Source of the DNA: Octopus vulgaris
Taxonomy: Eukaryota
Assembly (NCBI GenBank): GCA_951406725.2
Contig: OX597830.1
Coordinates: forward strand, 6,758,001-6,822,000
Reading direction: 5' to 3'
DNA length: 64,000 nucleotides
Made by a program: the position numbers and the translations under genes. Shown here in pieces: positions 26,448 to 42,008 of this stretch. The notes below the pieces were generated by a model, which was given only the letters and a program-made list of their open reading frames with translations, was not told the origin of the DNA and made no database searches. Every line of letters begins with the position of its first letter. Position 1 is the first letter of the stretch.

Positions 26448-26629
26448 TATATGCACTGCGGAATAATGGACGCGACAAGGTGATGGTTAAGCCAATTTGG
26501 TCAGAGCTAACTTGTGGCTTAAGAACAACAACAACGATGACCAAGAATATTACAACAACAACAACAATTAAAACAGCAGCAACAACACCGACATGAACAA
26601 CAGGACGAGAGAGAGGCTGCATCTTCTCT

Positions 26630-26975
26630 CTGTCCAATCAAACTATTCTGAAAGAGGTCACGTGAGCGATATGTTGTGTATGTTGTATGTTTTGAGCTCT
26701 TACATTGAGAACCAATCTGGATGAATAGTGTGTATGTGTGTTTGTGAGTGAGTGTGTACACGTGTGTGTGTTTGTGTGAGAGGGGAGAGAGGTGTGTGTA
26801 TCGGAGCGACGAGTCACGGAACTTCACGTCAAAACTTCGGTTGACTTAGCCGTTCGATACAGGAGAAATCAATAAAGTAATTAACTTGTCTGAAATGAAT
26901 ATCGATCCATATGATCGATGAAAACAACCTGTGAAAGCACCACCCCCACCAACATGAACATGGTCTACGCGGTAT
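26630..26975 (+). promoter_or_regulatory. Candidate promoter/enhancer island
   Basis: CCAAT at 26634 and 26712, E-box GTCACGTGAG at 26657, GAGTCA, CGGAAC and CACGTCA within ~200 bp of CpG-containing unique sequence. Motif inference only. Confidence 0.3.
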
Positions 26976-27070
26976 ATAAACATATATATATATATATACA
27001 CTCTTTTAAGGCACACACACAAACACACACGTACATGGGCGTATATATATATAATATATATATATATATA

Positions 27071-27114
<44 letters not shown>

Positions 27115-27508
27115 CATATATATATACATCATAATCTTATACATATGTGTGTACGTATGTGCGCGACGTCTGTGTGTGTGTGTTGTGTAGCAAATAGAGG
27201 GAGCAACTTGAAGTGAACATGGCTTTAATGAGGTGGGCTGGAGTGCGTTTCATTGTTGCTCAGAATCGAAGCATGTCCCAGATTTGTTGCTCAGCCACCT
27301 GGAACTGGCCATGTGGAGCCTTTAGACACTTACAAATTGGATCAATCCTATTTTCCATACAACTTAGAATACAATAAAACCAACCAGCGTCAAACAACCC
27401 CATACACACACACACACACACACACACATCCATGTATAGACGTATATTTATACATATATATGTATATGTATAAATATGTAGGTGTCTGTGTGTGCGTTTG
27501 TGTATGTG

Positions 27509-27565
<57 letters not shown>

Positions 27566-27629
27566 TAGACAAATGAATTATCTTATTACGGATAATTCGA
27601 AAGATAACCGATACCTGGGTAGCAAACTC

Positions 27630-27684
<55 letters not shown>

Positions 27685-27813
27685 GAATATAAATACAGAA
27701 AGGGTGGAGAGAAAGGGACTATGTACTACCATAGAATAAACACATTTGGTTCTAAGCTCCATTTCTTACAATATATATATATATATGTGTGTGTGTATGT
27801 ATGTATGTATGTA

Positions 27814-27876
<63 letters not shown>

Positions 27877-28079
27877 ACCAGCTGTCCACACATGCACGGA
27901 CGCACATGCAGACACGCGCACACACGCGCGCGTACGCTCAAATACATGTACATATGTGTGTGGTGAGTTTGTGAATACATACACATTACTAATATAAAGT
28001 CGTATAACACAATAAATGTATATAGAACCATATATACAAGTATGTATACACGTATCTACGTATGTGTGTGTGTATATAT

Positions 28080-28524
28080 TCTTTTATTCTTTTGTTTGTT
28101 TCAGTTTCTTGACTGCGGCCATCCTGGAGCACCGACGTTAGTCAGACAAATCGATCCCAGGACTTATTCTTTGTAAGCCTAGTTCTCATTCCATCGATAT
28201 CTATTACTGAACCGCTAGGTTACGGAGACGTATACACACTGACATGGGTTGTCAAGTGATGGTGGGGAGACAAACACGGACACACAAACATACACATACA
28301 CACACACACAAACACACACACACACGCACGCACACACACATACACACATATATATTTGTACGACGGGCTTCTTTCAGTTTCCGTCTACGAAAACCACTCA
28401 CAAGTCTTTGGTCGACACGAGGCGATAGTAGAAGACACTTGCCAAAGGTGCCACGAAGTGGGACTGAACCTGGAACCATGTCGTTGGTAAGCAAGATTCT
28501 TACCGCACAGCCACACCTGCGCCT
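28080..28524 (-). mobile_element. CORE-like tRNA SINE with internal (CA)n
   Basis: Minus strand has GGTTCAGTCCCACT..GTGGCACCTTTGGCAAGTGTCTTCTACTAT (CORE-like). Same family at ~8645-8880, 29945-30320, 34020-34225 and 56785-57045. Confidence 0.82.
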
Positions 28525-28874
28525 GCTATATGTATACATACATATGCATGTACATATATATATGTATATGTGTTTGTATGTATTTATTTGTGTGTGTGTG
28601 TGTGTGTGTGTGTGGTTATATACATACACAACTTAAACACGACACGCGCTGTAAACGCACGTACACCGACGGTGTACATGTCCAGACACCGCCACCTCCA
28701 ATACCTACACTAGTAACTCTATTCCACACACAACACCACACACTCACACACACACACTCGCACAAGCACACAGATTATACCGTTTCTCACCGCCATCGTT
28801 AATATAAACCATTTCAGTATACATCTTATACACACTTCACAATTCGTTCGTATATAGATATTGTAATCGCAGAC

Positions 28875-28918
<44 letters not shown>

Positions 28919-30042
28919 GACACACATACACATGTTTAAAGCTTACAATGAAATTTATTCCTATCCATTCAACCGAAACTGTGTCTATAATAGCATGTTG
29001 TATAGGTGTACCTATGTGCTGTGAATGAGTGTATAAAACCATATATGCGTCTGTGTGTGTGTGTGTGTGAGCATTTAATCATATATACAAGTATACACAT
29101 ATATATTTGTAGACCCACACACATGCAAATATATGCTTATGTGTGTGTGTATAACATGTATACTTAACAACCATAAAATAGCTACTTAAGACTGTTTATG
29201 CAGCTGTGAGCACCTACATGGCCATACATTACTACGGATATGTACAGATAAGCAAGTGGATATATATATATGTATATATATATACACATATATAATAACT
29301 TGTGTTGGGTGGGGATAGTGTGAAATCATAGGTGACAGAGAAATAGTTTGTTGAAATTTTATTTAAGGATAATAATATCCACGACGAATCGTTTCGAAAT
29401 AGTGCAGAATTTAAGCTACGTCCTTAAGTGAAAGACAGTCTTTGTGCAAAGATTTTTGTCAACATAACATGGCAGTCCTTGTTTAGGACGAATGTTGCTG
29501 TAATTTATGTGTGTGTGTGCTTGTTGTTGTGTGTGTTTGTGTGTGTGTGTGTGTGTTTGTCCCCCCGCCATCGCTTCACAACCGATGCTGGTGTGTTTAC
29601 GTCCCCGTATTCTGTGCTGATGATGAGAAGTAACCCGGAAATGGCGATACATAGCCATACTGTTTAGAACATGGTGGGGTGCTAGACTTGATCGAAAATA
29701 CACGGACACTTATCATCGTATAGCCAGGTGGAGACGATGACACCTGGGGCTAAATTCACAGCAACATTCGTCCGAATACTAGGACTGCCATATTCATGTA
29801 TGACAAAAAATCCTTACTCCAAAGTACTGTTGACGAATATCTCTCGTGAGATTTACGAATAGTAATTTTCGAAGTCTTTGTGCATTCCTTATCGTTTTCT
29901 CTTGTATTCTGTATTATATACTACATATTCTATGTTTCTCGGCTATATGGTAAGTAGCTTGTTTACCAACCACATGGTTATGGGTTCATTTCAACAACCG
30001 CGTACCTTCAACTGTCCATTTACTATAGCAAATATATGTAGC

Positions 30043-30125
<83 letters not shown>

Positions 30126-31261
30126 TGTATATTGTCCCCCCACTATCGCTTGACAACCGACGCTGGTGTGTTTACTACCCGTAACCTATCGGCAAAAACG
30201 AGTGTGTATAGAATAAGTACTAGGCTTACAAATAATAAGTCCTGGGCTCGATTTATCCGACTAAAGGCGGTGCTTCAGCATGGCCGCAGTCAAATGACTG
30301 AAACAAATAAAAGAATAAAGGCTTTTTTTATTATGAGTACTAACAGGATGTACTTAAATATATATATATATATATAAATATATAGCCGTTTCTAAATCTT
30401 GGGTCCAGTGGCCAGATGTACGGGATTCTCATTGTTCTAGGGGCCCCCTTCAGATCTATGTATATAGTGGATTGTTGACAATTTAAATATTATAGGGCCC
30501 AATTTATTGATTCGTCTGAGGGCTTATGAACCTACTAAGACGGTTTTCTGTGTGTGTGCGTGCGCATGTGTGTGCGTGTGTGTATCATTTTCTACTTTCG
30601 TTCGTCTCAGTTATGCGACTGCGGCCATGCTGGGGCACCAGCGTTATTTTTGCACGTTTGCATATGTTACTCCCGCCATCGCTTCACAACCGATGCTGGT
30701 GTGTTTACGTCCCCGTATTCTGTGCTGATGATGAGAAATAACCCGGAAATGGCGATACATAGATACTGTTTAGAGCTGAGTGGGGGTGCTAGATTCCTTG
30801 ATCGAAGCCATCCACTTCCACATTGTGTAAGTTTTTCGATTTCGGAGATAGATCATCGAAGAACTAGGGGCCTTTGAACCCCAAGCAACATTCGTCCGAA
30901 ACTAGGACTGCCATATTATGTTGACAAAAAATCCTTACTCCAAAGTACTGTTGACGAATATCTCTCGTTGTGAGATTTACGATCTATGTATATAGTGGAT
31001 TGTTGACAATTTAAATATTATAGGGCCCAATTTATTGATTCGTCTGAGGGCTTATGAACCTACTAAGACGGTTTTCTGTGTGTGTGCGTGCGCATGTGTG
31101 TGCGTGTGTGTGTTATTTTCTACTTTCGTTCGTCTCAGTTATGCGACTGCGGCCATGCTGGGGCACCAGCGTTATTTTTGCACGTTTGCATATGTTACTC
31201 CTTCGGCTGATTCCTTCAGGATTGTGGTATTTTAAATCTCGACTCCCATATGTGCTGTTAC

Positions 31262-31585
31262 CATGGTTCTTGGCCTATTTGGCGTTTGTGGGAGTTTGAT
31301 AGTACAGCCGTCATTTGAACCCTGGGTACAAATGCTGGGTCGTTAGTTCCTTCGGTATTGCCTTCCCTTTTTGAAGCCATCCACTTCCACATTGTGTAAG
31401 TTTTTCGATTTCGGAGATAGATCATCGAAGAACTAGGGGCCTTTGAACCCCAAGCTAATAACTTGTCATGAACTTTAATGGAATGGACGATTTCCCTGAT
31501 ACAATACAACAGCGCCCAGTTCGGACATTTGTATAACACTTAATGCCGAAATTAGGTACTAGCCCTTCGAGAACTTTCATATGTA
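31262..31585 (-). mobile_element. Decayed 3' end of a CR1/L2-group LINE ORF2
   Basis: KVLEGLVPNFGIKCYTNVRTGRCCIV...LGFKGP...NLHNVEVDGFK resembles the C-terminus of invertebrate CR1-group ORF2. Confidence 0.65.
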
Positions 31586-31604
31586 GACTTATACACATAT
31601 ATAT

Positions 31605-31714
<110 letters not shown>

Positions 31715-31842
31715 ATATATGAGAGTGTGTGTGTGTTTGTGTGTGAGTGCATGTGTATGTGTGTGTGTATGTATGAATGTATGTCTTGAAAGGAGTGCTG
31801 ATAGTATACTCAATCATGTATATATACACACTATATATATAT

Positions 31843-32086
31843 TCTTTTATTCTTTCAGCCATTTGACTGCAGCACTGAAGTCATGCTGGAGCACCGCCTT
31901 TAGTCGGACAAATCGACCCCAGGACTTATTCTGTGTAACCCTAGTACTTACTGTCGGATCTCTTTTGCCGAACCGCTGCATTACGGGGACGTAAACACAC
32001 CAACATCGGTTGTCAAGTGATGCTGGTGCGACAAACACACACATATACAAACATACATACATACATACATACATACAAACATACAT

Positions 32087-32155
<69 letters not shown>

Positions 32156-32367
32156 CATACATACATACATACATATGTATATATATATATATATATATAT
32201 ACATACATACATACGACGGGCTTCTTTCAGTTTCCATCTACGAAAACCACTCACAAGGCTTTGGTCGGCCCGAGATTATAATAAAAGCACTTGCCCAAGG
32301 TGTCACGCAGAGGAACTGAACCCAGAATCATGTAGTTGGTAAGCAAGCATCTTACCACACAACTGCG
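31843..32367 (-). mobile_element. CORE-like SINE
   Basis: Same family as 28080-28524, with an expanded internal microsatellite. Confidence 0.82.
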
Positions 32368-32871
32368 CATATATATAAATATATATATAGAAAAAGAATT
32401 ATATATGTATATATATATACGAGCATATATATATGTGTGAGTTTGTATTTGATTAGGTGTACTATGCGTGCTACATTCAAAGCATTTACGAAGGCTGTAG
32501 GGTGTAATAGGGGTAGGCCTGAATACAGTGGAAGTATTATATTCAAAATCATTAAATGACACTTTAATACGATAAGCCCGTCGTAATTAATTGGCTGGAC
32601 AATCATAACGACCGTTTAGACATTGAACAATAGATGACAAGTAGCTATCGATCGACGGATGGATCGATCCGGGTAGAAGTTGGTCTGTCTGTCCATGTAT
32701 CAAAAGAATATATAAATGGATTATCACGGAAGAGATTTGCAGGTTATTGTCGACCCACTGACATGCTGAATCTCAAAGCGTTGTCTTCAAGAAAACAATC
32801 ATGGTCATGTCCTTTTGTTAGTTAAAGGTTCATAACACACACACACACATATATATATGTGTGTGTGTGTA

Positions 32872-32915
<44 letters not shown>

Positions 32916-33205
32916 TGTGTGTGTATTTAACTATATCTGTATACATATATATGTGTAATTATATATGTATGTATATATATATATATACAGATGTATGTAT
33001 GTAGATACATATATGTATGTATATGTATGCATGTATATATGTATGTATGTATGTATGTATGTGTGTGTATGTATGAATGTATGTCTTGAAAGGAGTGCTG
33101 ATAGTATATATATATATGCATTGTAAAAAGATCTCCAGATATCAAATGACGGGAAAAAGTAAAAGATAAAAGATACATATATATATATGTGTATATGTAT
33201 ATATG

Positions 33206-33308
<103 letters not shown>

Positions 33309-33331
33309 TTATGTAAGTACGTATGTATGCA

Positions 33332-33363
<32 letters not shown>

Positions 33364-33374
33364 CACACTATAGG

Positions 33375-33790
33375 TGTAAGTGTGGTCGTGTGGTAAGAGG
33401 CTTACATCACGAGCATATTGTTTGCGGGTGGTTCAGTCCCACTGCGTGGCCCCTTGTACAAATCTGTTTTGCTACATTCCCGGGCCGTCTGATGCCTAGT
33501 AAGTGGATTTGGTTGATGGAACCTGAAAGAAGTGCCTGTACACGTATCTGTGTGTGTACGTGTGTGTGTGTACGTGCGTGTGTGCGTCTGTGTGTCATTG
33601 TCCAACATCACCTGACAACCTTTGTCGGTTTATTATGTCCACGTAACTTAGCAGTTTAGCAAAAGAGGGCGATGAACTAAGTATCCGGTTTTAAAGCAAA
33701 TATGCACTATGGTCTATTTACTTGAATAAAATTTCGTCATCGTGTTGCCCCAGTATGGCCGCAGTCTAGTCACTGAAACAAGCAAAATAA
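33375..33790 (+). mobile_element. CORE-like SINE (diverged)
   Basis: GTGTGGTAAG...GGTTCAGTCCCACTGCGTGGC head and ATGGCCGCAGTC...CTGAAACAAG tail. Confidence 0.75.
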
Positions 33791-34270
33791 TAGAAGGACC
33801 ATAATAAAGAGAATGCAAATTATATTGAAATTGTTTTGCAAAGTGTAAACAGGATGTAATAGCGGAGTCAACATGTTCGTTCGACGGGATAACAATGCGT
33901 ATTGCATCAGACGTGATGGTCTCTTCTGGAATTCAATTAGTTTTCCGGAACCTACAACCACGGGCGAAACTTGAAGTCAACTACTAATATTTCATATTAG
34001 ATACATACAAACATGCATATTCTTTTACTTGTTTCAGTCATTTGACTGCGGCCATGAAGGAGCACCAACTTAAAGAGCTTTTAGTCGAAGAAATAGGCCC
34101 CGGGACTTATTCTTTGTAGGCCTAGTACTTATTTTATATGGCGCTTTTGCTGAACTGCTAAGTTAGAGGGACATAAGCACACCAACATCGGTTGTTAAGA
34201 AATAGTGGTGGGAGAACAAACACAGACACACGCATAAATACATACATACATACATATGTATATATATATT

Positions 34271-34303
<33 letters not shown>

Positions 34304-34377
34304 TGAGAGACAGAGAGAGAGAGAGAGAGTGAAAGACAGACAGACAGAGAGAGAGAGAGAGAAAGAGAGAGAGAGGT

Positions 34378-35270
34378 AGTGAGTTTGCAAGAAAGTAATT
34401 TCGTTTTTCGCAAATGGAATTACGATTTTTTTTAATGAATTTTGTCAATATTATGATTTCATTTCCTTTTGACATTTCATAGCCGTTACTTTTAGCTTAC
34501 TTTAGAAGCAAATTGCAATTTTGTTTACAACTGTTAGTTCAGTGTAAAATTTAAACATGGTTTGCAAAAACCAACATTTTTGCCATATTTTGCGTTTTTA
34601 TTTCTGTAATGATAAGAAAGCTGCTAAGGCTCACAAAGAGATATATGAAGTTTATGGTGTTGATTGCTTAACAGAACGCACGTCAGAAATGGTCTTAACA
34701 ATTCCGTTCTGGAGATTTTTCACTTAAAGATGACCAACGTTCTGGTCGTACTACTGAAGTTGATGATGACCGAATCAAAGCTATAATTGAATCTGATTGT
34801 CATATAACTGTGCGAGAGATTGCAGAGAGACTAAATGTATCACACACAACAATTGGACATCACTTAAAATTTCTTGGACTCGTTTAGAAACTCGATATTT
34901 ATGTTTCACATAAATTGAGAGAGATTCACTTAATATAAGGAATCAATATTTGCGATATGCATCTCAAATGCAATGAAATCGAGCTTTTCTTTGACATGAA
35001 TCATAACTGGGGGTGAAAAGTGGATTGTTCACAATAACATCAATCGAAAACAAAGTGTAACGAATCAGTACAAACCACATAGAAAGTTGAATTGCATCAA
35101 AAAAGTTCATGTTGTCAATTTGGTGAAATTAAAAAGGTGTTGTGGATTTTGAGCTGCTTCCAAGGAACTCAATGATCAATTCAGATGTTTACTGTCAACA
35201 ACTAATGAAACTGGAAGAAGCAATCAAAGGATAACGACCAGAATTAGCAAAATGTAAGTGAGTCATGTTC
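34378..35270 (+). mobile_element. 3'-truncated mariner, same family as 6890-8059
   Basis: Near-identical to the reverse complement of ~7280-8050; DDQRSGR..EVDDDRIKAIIE, IITGGEKW, INSDVYCQQL. Truncated at a hammerhead-motif repeat. Confidence 0.9.
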
Positions 35271-35445
35271 CTTTCTGTTGAAGAGCATAGGTTCGAAACG
35301 TAAAAGACGTTCTCGCCATCCCGAGCGTTAATTTAATACACCTGTTTGTTGTTTACACACCTGTCTTCATCTTTTGTTGTTGTTGTTGTTTTCTTTGTTT
35401 TTTTTCTTTTGTTTGTTTTTTTGTTTTGTAAATTCCATCTATATA

Positions 35446-35722
35446 TATCATGTCATCCCATAAATTCTCTCTGAATTTTGAATAAAGAAAACAATTAATC
35501 AAATGTTATGTTTAATTGAAATTTAATCATCAATATACTTTCCCTGAGTATCTATGACTTCTTTCCATCTATTTACAAGCTTTTTAATCCCATCAATATA
35601 AAACTCTTTTGGTTTCAAGGCGAAGAACTCTGAAATGTCAGTTTCGACCTCCTCTTGGCTTGCGAAAGTTATGTCGCCCAAATGATTCTGTACACTACGA
35701 AATAAATGGTAGCTGAAGGAGC
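35446..35722 (-). mobile_element. 3' end of a second mariner family
   Basis: YHLFRSVQNHL...FYIDGIKKLVNRWKEVIDTQGKYIDD* followed by a TIR-like TTTATGGGATGACATGATA. Confidence 0.88.
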
Positions 35723-35749
35723 AAGATATATATATGTATGTACATACAT

Positions 35750-35817
<68 letters not shown>

Positions 35818-35818
<1 letters not shown>

Positions 35819-36368
35819 CACCTTCACCATGACCGATCAGTCCGTCAGGCGTTCATTTGACACCGCTGGTCACAGCACGCTGTCCACTCCTCTCTGGATC
35901 GCGCCTTTCTCATCCACGTGATCCCAATCGTCCTCCTGAAATCGTAACTCCACCGTCGTGGAGGTCTTCCGGGTGGCCTTTTCCGCTCGCGCGGGTACCA
36001 CTCGACAACTGCGTGGGTCCACCAATTATCGGTGAGCCGGGAAACGTGTCCAGTCTATCTATACTTGCTGCGTGTATACTCTGCGATGACATCTCTCACG
36101 CCGGACTTTTTTCTGATGATCTCGCTACCGATGTGCTCCTTCAACGAGATACCAAGCATTGACCTTTCCATGGCTCTTTGAGCCGTTACCAGTCTTTGCT
36201 CTTCTCTCTTTGTGGTAGCCCATGTTTCACTACCATATAACATTGCAGGCAGAACTGCGCTGTTAATGAGGTTGGCGCGGGTGGTCCTGTCCAACCTTCC
36301 CTTGAGCACATCCCTTATGCCATTAAACGCCTTCCATCCGGCCCTTACTCTCCGTGAGATCTCATTTT
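35818..36368 (-). mobile_element. 5'-truncated RTE-clade LINE (3' end)
   Basis: RVRAGWKAF...VLPAMLYGSETW...QRAMERSMLGISL...WYPRERKRPPGRPPRRW is a typical RTE C-terminus. Confidence 0.92.
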
Positions 36369-36377
36369 CGAGGTAGA

Positions 36378-36903
<526 letters not shown>

Positions 36904-37624
36904 TTCCACCCTATTATACCCTACGGTCTTCATAAAAGGAAACAGCCCTCAGGACAATGTAGAAGTAGATACATTATATCTGAAAAATGCGTACAGTGAG
37001 ATTGTGTTTAATTATAGGGTCGTCTCTATCGAAACTGACCGGGGGCTAAATAACAACAGCTACAGTCAGGTATAAATGTGTGAGTATATGTATGTGTAAA
37101 TGTGTGTATATGTGTATGTGTATGGCTATGGGTGTGTATTACTTTCCGTGCGACGTAAACACAAAGAAAGTACACAAAGTCACACATACACGTGTAGAGA
37201 ATACGCTCACGCGAAGGGAAGTAGACCGTATGCGAAGCAGAACTCGTACCTATTGGAATACTTTCGAGTCAATGAGTACATTTTCCCCTCAACTTTCGGC
37301 TGGATGAATTGAAAGGAGGGGTAGAAGTACTAAATATCCAGGTGAACTTCGACATTTTTCTATCAAATATCATTTCTCGAACGATCAACGACATTGTATT
37401 TCAGAGATGGCTCATGTCGTCTGCTTTTTGCATTTCTCACAACTATGTCCTCTCACTCCTTCTGCTATTATTACTTTACAATAGCATGCTTTGTTTCTTC
37501 TTTTCGTCTTCCAGCTATTATTTCATTCAATCTTCATCGCACTTATCTCTTTCATACTTTTCTCTCGCTACTTTTTCAACACTTCTTTCTAACGTTCGCT
37601 CTTTCTTTCAATAGGTGTTCAACT

Positions 37625-38030
<406 letters not shown>

Positions 38031-38427
38031 ATAAATATGTGTATGTGTGGGTAAGTTTCTGTGTGTCTATTTTTTCTCTCCGCCTCACTCTCCCTCTCTC
38101 CCTCTCTCTCCTCTCTCTCCCTCTCTCCATCTCTCTCCCCTCTCCCCTCTCCCACCCCTCTCTCTCTCCCTCAGTATGTGTACAGTCTTATATATGTATG
38201 TGCTTATACACACACACTGTTTCAATGTCTATACTCCAGACCTTCTCTCCACATCTATTCTCTGTACTTCCTACCTCTCTTAATTAACTCGTCCCTCACC
38301 CTCAAACCACTAAATACCCACAATCCACCCAACCACACCCGCCTTCACCCATCCCTTTCCCCAACTCTGCTTTTTAAAACTTTATTTCTTTATTCCACCC
38401 TTGGTGATGGTGCCTTTTGTCTTTACT

Positions 38428-38489
<62 letters not shown>

Positions 38490-39474
38490 TCTTTGTTGCT
38501 CTTCCTCTTCTTCTTCTTCTTCTTCTTCTTCAACAACAACTGTGACTCCTACTACTTTTTCTTTTTAGTACTAAATTTGACTTGCTTAAGATTCTTGTTG
38601 TTATTGTTATGGTGTTGTTGTTATTGTTACTGCAAATGGAACTGCCGCTGCTTTCGTAGATGTTGTTGTTCTACTTCTTTCTCTTCTTTTTCTTCTTCTC
38701 CTTCACCTTTACCTTCTCCTTCATCTTCTTCTCCTTCTTGTTCATCCTCCTCCTCCTCCTCCTCATCCTCATCATCATCATCATCATCATCATCTTCTTC
38801 TTCTTCTTCTTCTTCTTCCACTTCCTTTTCTTTTTTTTCTTCTTCTTCTTCTCCTTCGTCTTCTTCTTTTCCATCATCATCATCATCATCATCATCTTCT
38901 TCTTCTAGTCTTCTTCTTCTTCTTCTTCTTCCTTCTTCTTCTTCTTCATCTTCTTCTTCTTCTTCTTCGTCTTCTACTTCTTCTCCTTCATCTTCTTCGT
39001 CTTCCTCTTCTTTCGACGATCTTGGTATTGTTGTTGTTATTGCTGCAAATGCAACTGCTGCTGCTGCTGCTGCTACCGCTGTTGTTGTTGTTGTTCCGTA
39101 ATTGCTGCTCCCTTAATTGACTGGTGAATTTGCAATTAGACTTCGTATTTTGAATTAAATCCTCACCCATCTCTACCGCCACCGCCACCACCATCACCAC
39201 CACACCGAGAGGTAGAACCAGCACAGAGACAATACAACACTACCACCACCACCACCACCACCACCGCCGTCGCCAATACTCCCATTGCCGCCACCAACAC
39301 CACCACTACACTGATAACATCACACACATACACAAGCGCCACAACAGTCTTCACCTTCAAAATCTCCCAACATCACAACCGCCATCATAACTATTAACAA
39401 AACTACTACCATTATTACCACCACCACTACCACCACAGCACTGCTACCGCTAATACCATCACTACCATCACCTA

Positions 39475-39529
<55 letters not shown>

Positions 39530-40466
39530 GCTACTTCTTTCGGTTACTTAATTGACTGTAGAGAGATAAGCCGTCACTATCCCCTTTAACGAAAGTGGTG
39601 GTAGAGGTGTTGGTGGTGGTGTTGGTGGTGGTGATGGTGGTGGTAGTGGTGGTGGTGGTGGTGGTGGTTGTGGTGGTGGTGGAGGTGGTGGTGGTGGTGG
39701 TGTCAGGATTATCATGACGAGGGTAATAGTGTTTAAAATAAAGAAAATCAAGAGGATGATTATGACAAAGACAAAATCTGGGATGATTACGATGACGACG
39801 ACGGTGGTGATGATGATGATAGTGATGATGATGATGATGATGATGATGATGTAAGCGACGACTAAGGTGGCAATGATGATATTTATGATGATGATGATGA
39901 TGACATTCAGCCCCAAAACAATCTTGATCCAGTTAACTTACCATCAATGCATTCCATCCATGGCCATTCCGTTTTTAGGATTTCATACATATACATAACA
40001 ATGTACACCGTCAACAAGAGGTTACTGGAGAGATCAAGACCCTGTCACACACGGACGCTTTCCTGAATCCGGAAAGCGAAGATCTTTCGGTAGATATGAT
40101 AAAATGAAAGCAGTGGTTGAATAAATATAGTGTGAGGTTTTTAGACTTTTAACTTATCTCATGGTCACTTTTTGAACTAGAGAATGAAACACACACGGCC
40201 TTCACACTTCATTTATGGCTAATGCCAATACACGGAGGAGATAGATCTACTTTTTTTGCTTCCATTCGATTTTGCATTAGTTCTTCAGCAACCATTACCA
40301 CCATCACAACAGCCCGAGAAAAAAACATACTATTCACTAAACAGTGCTTCGCACCTTTTGTTGCTGCGGATATTCGGGGTGAAAGCGGCGGTGACATTCT
40401 AACCGTCTGTTTAGTTATATGCCATAATCAGTAATATATACTGTTTAGTGATATAGAATATATGTG

Positions 40467-40530
<64 letters not shown>

Positions 40531-40816
40531 TGTGCGTGTGTATGTGTGTGTGTAAACCCGCTCTATTATATCATACTTCTGCTGTAGTTTCCGATTTAGG
40601 ATAATTCATTAATAATACATACACACGTGTACGTATGTATATAACGTATATGCGCGTGTGTGTGTGTGTATTTGTGCGTATTTCTATGTGTGTGTGTACA
40701 TACATATATATGTATGTCTATATGTTTATATACATATATACATATACATATGTATATATATATGTGTGTGTGTGTGTGCGTGTGTTTAAATATGTATGTA
40801 TATATGTATATATATG

Positions 40817-40875
<59 letters not shown>

Positions 40876-41107
40876 CTGTATGTGTAAGGTGATAGTTATA
40901 GAAATAAACCATTGGTTTCATATCTAGCGTGAACTAGACACCTCTTCAGTTTCTCTAAACGATAACTGTTCTCTACAAAGAGAGTATTTTTAAAGATACA
41001 AGAACGCCGGTGATAGTTCAAGAAATATTCCTCTTAAAAACTTATGGCCGGGCGAGTTGTCTTCCTTCGCTTGATAACTAGGTTTTCTAATTTTGAAATT
41101 AAAATTT

Positions 41108-41677
41108 TCGAAAACAGAGAGAAATAATTGATAGAAATTAATTTATTAATAGATCAACATATTCACCAACAATTGTTTCATTTCACAAGCAAAATTATGA
41201 TTACAAAGTATATATATATAAATATATAGCTTTGCATTTTAAATACCTGGTATGGAAACTCATGAGGGTGTACAAAGGACAATATGGATTACATTAGGAT
41301 ACGTTTGGAATATGCAGAATATATAGACAAGTTTATTATGCGTGCGTATATACGTGCTTGTGTGTACGCATGCGTTAAAATTATTCCTTTTATTCCAATT
41401 CAATAATGATAATAATCATGAAGACTGGTTTATATTTTATACGAGAAAAGTAATATAAAGAATAAAAGTAAAAGTGAAATAGAATTTATGACAAGTTTGT
41501 ATGTCAATAGTGTCTACTTCACTATGCATGTCTATTGGTAGATATATGTTCCTTTGTAATTTGCTTCTTCAGGTATGTAGATTAATTTATGCATGAGCAA
41601 AATCAAAGATACGATTAAAATGAAATAACGATAAAAATTATAAATAAAGATAATAAATAAAAATACAAATAGAATAA

Positions 41678-41747
<70 letters not shown>

Positions 41748-42008
41748 GTAATAATAATAATAATAATAATAATGATGATGATAATGATAATGATGATGAT
41801 GATGATGATAATGATGATGATGATGATGATGATGATGACGATGATGATGATAGTGCACCCTGATGAATTTTCATAAAAAGTATTTAAAATTCAAAATATA
41901 TTTATATATATTTTCTAATCTTAATTTTGTTTGTGAAATGAATCAACTGCACGTGATATCGATTGATTAATGAGTTAATTTGTATCTATTAAATCTCTTT
42001 GTTTTCTA
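41108..42008. repeat. Diverged inverted pair (~160 bp each: 41108-41272 and 41853-42008) of a hammerhead-bearing repeat
   Basis: Arms align by eye. The left copy on the minus strand reads cacc-CTCATGA-GTTTC...GAAAT-GAAA-CAATTG-TT-ggtg; the right copy retains CTGATGA. Confidence 0.7.

Noticed and set aside
37211-37249. 39-nt minus-strand micro-exon (YEFCFAYGLLPF)
   Set aside because: Weak acceptor and donor; expected by chance in 64 kb.
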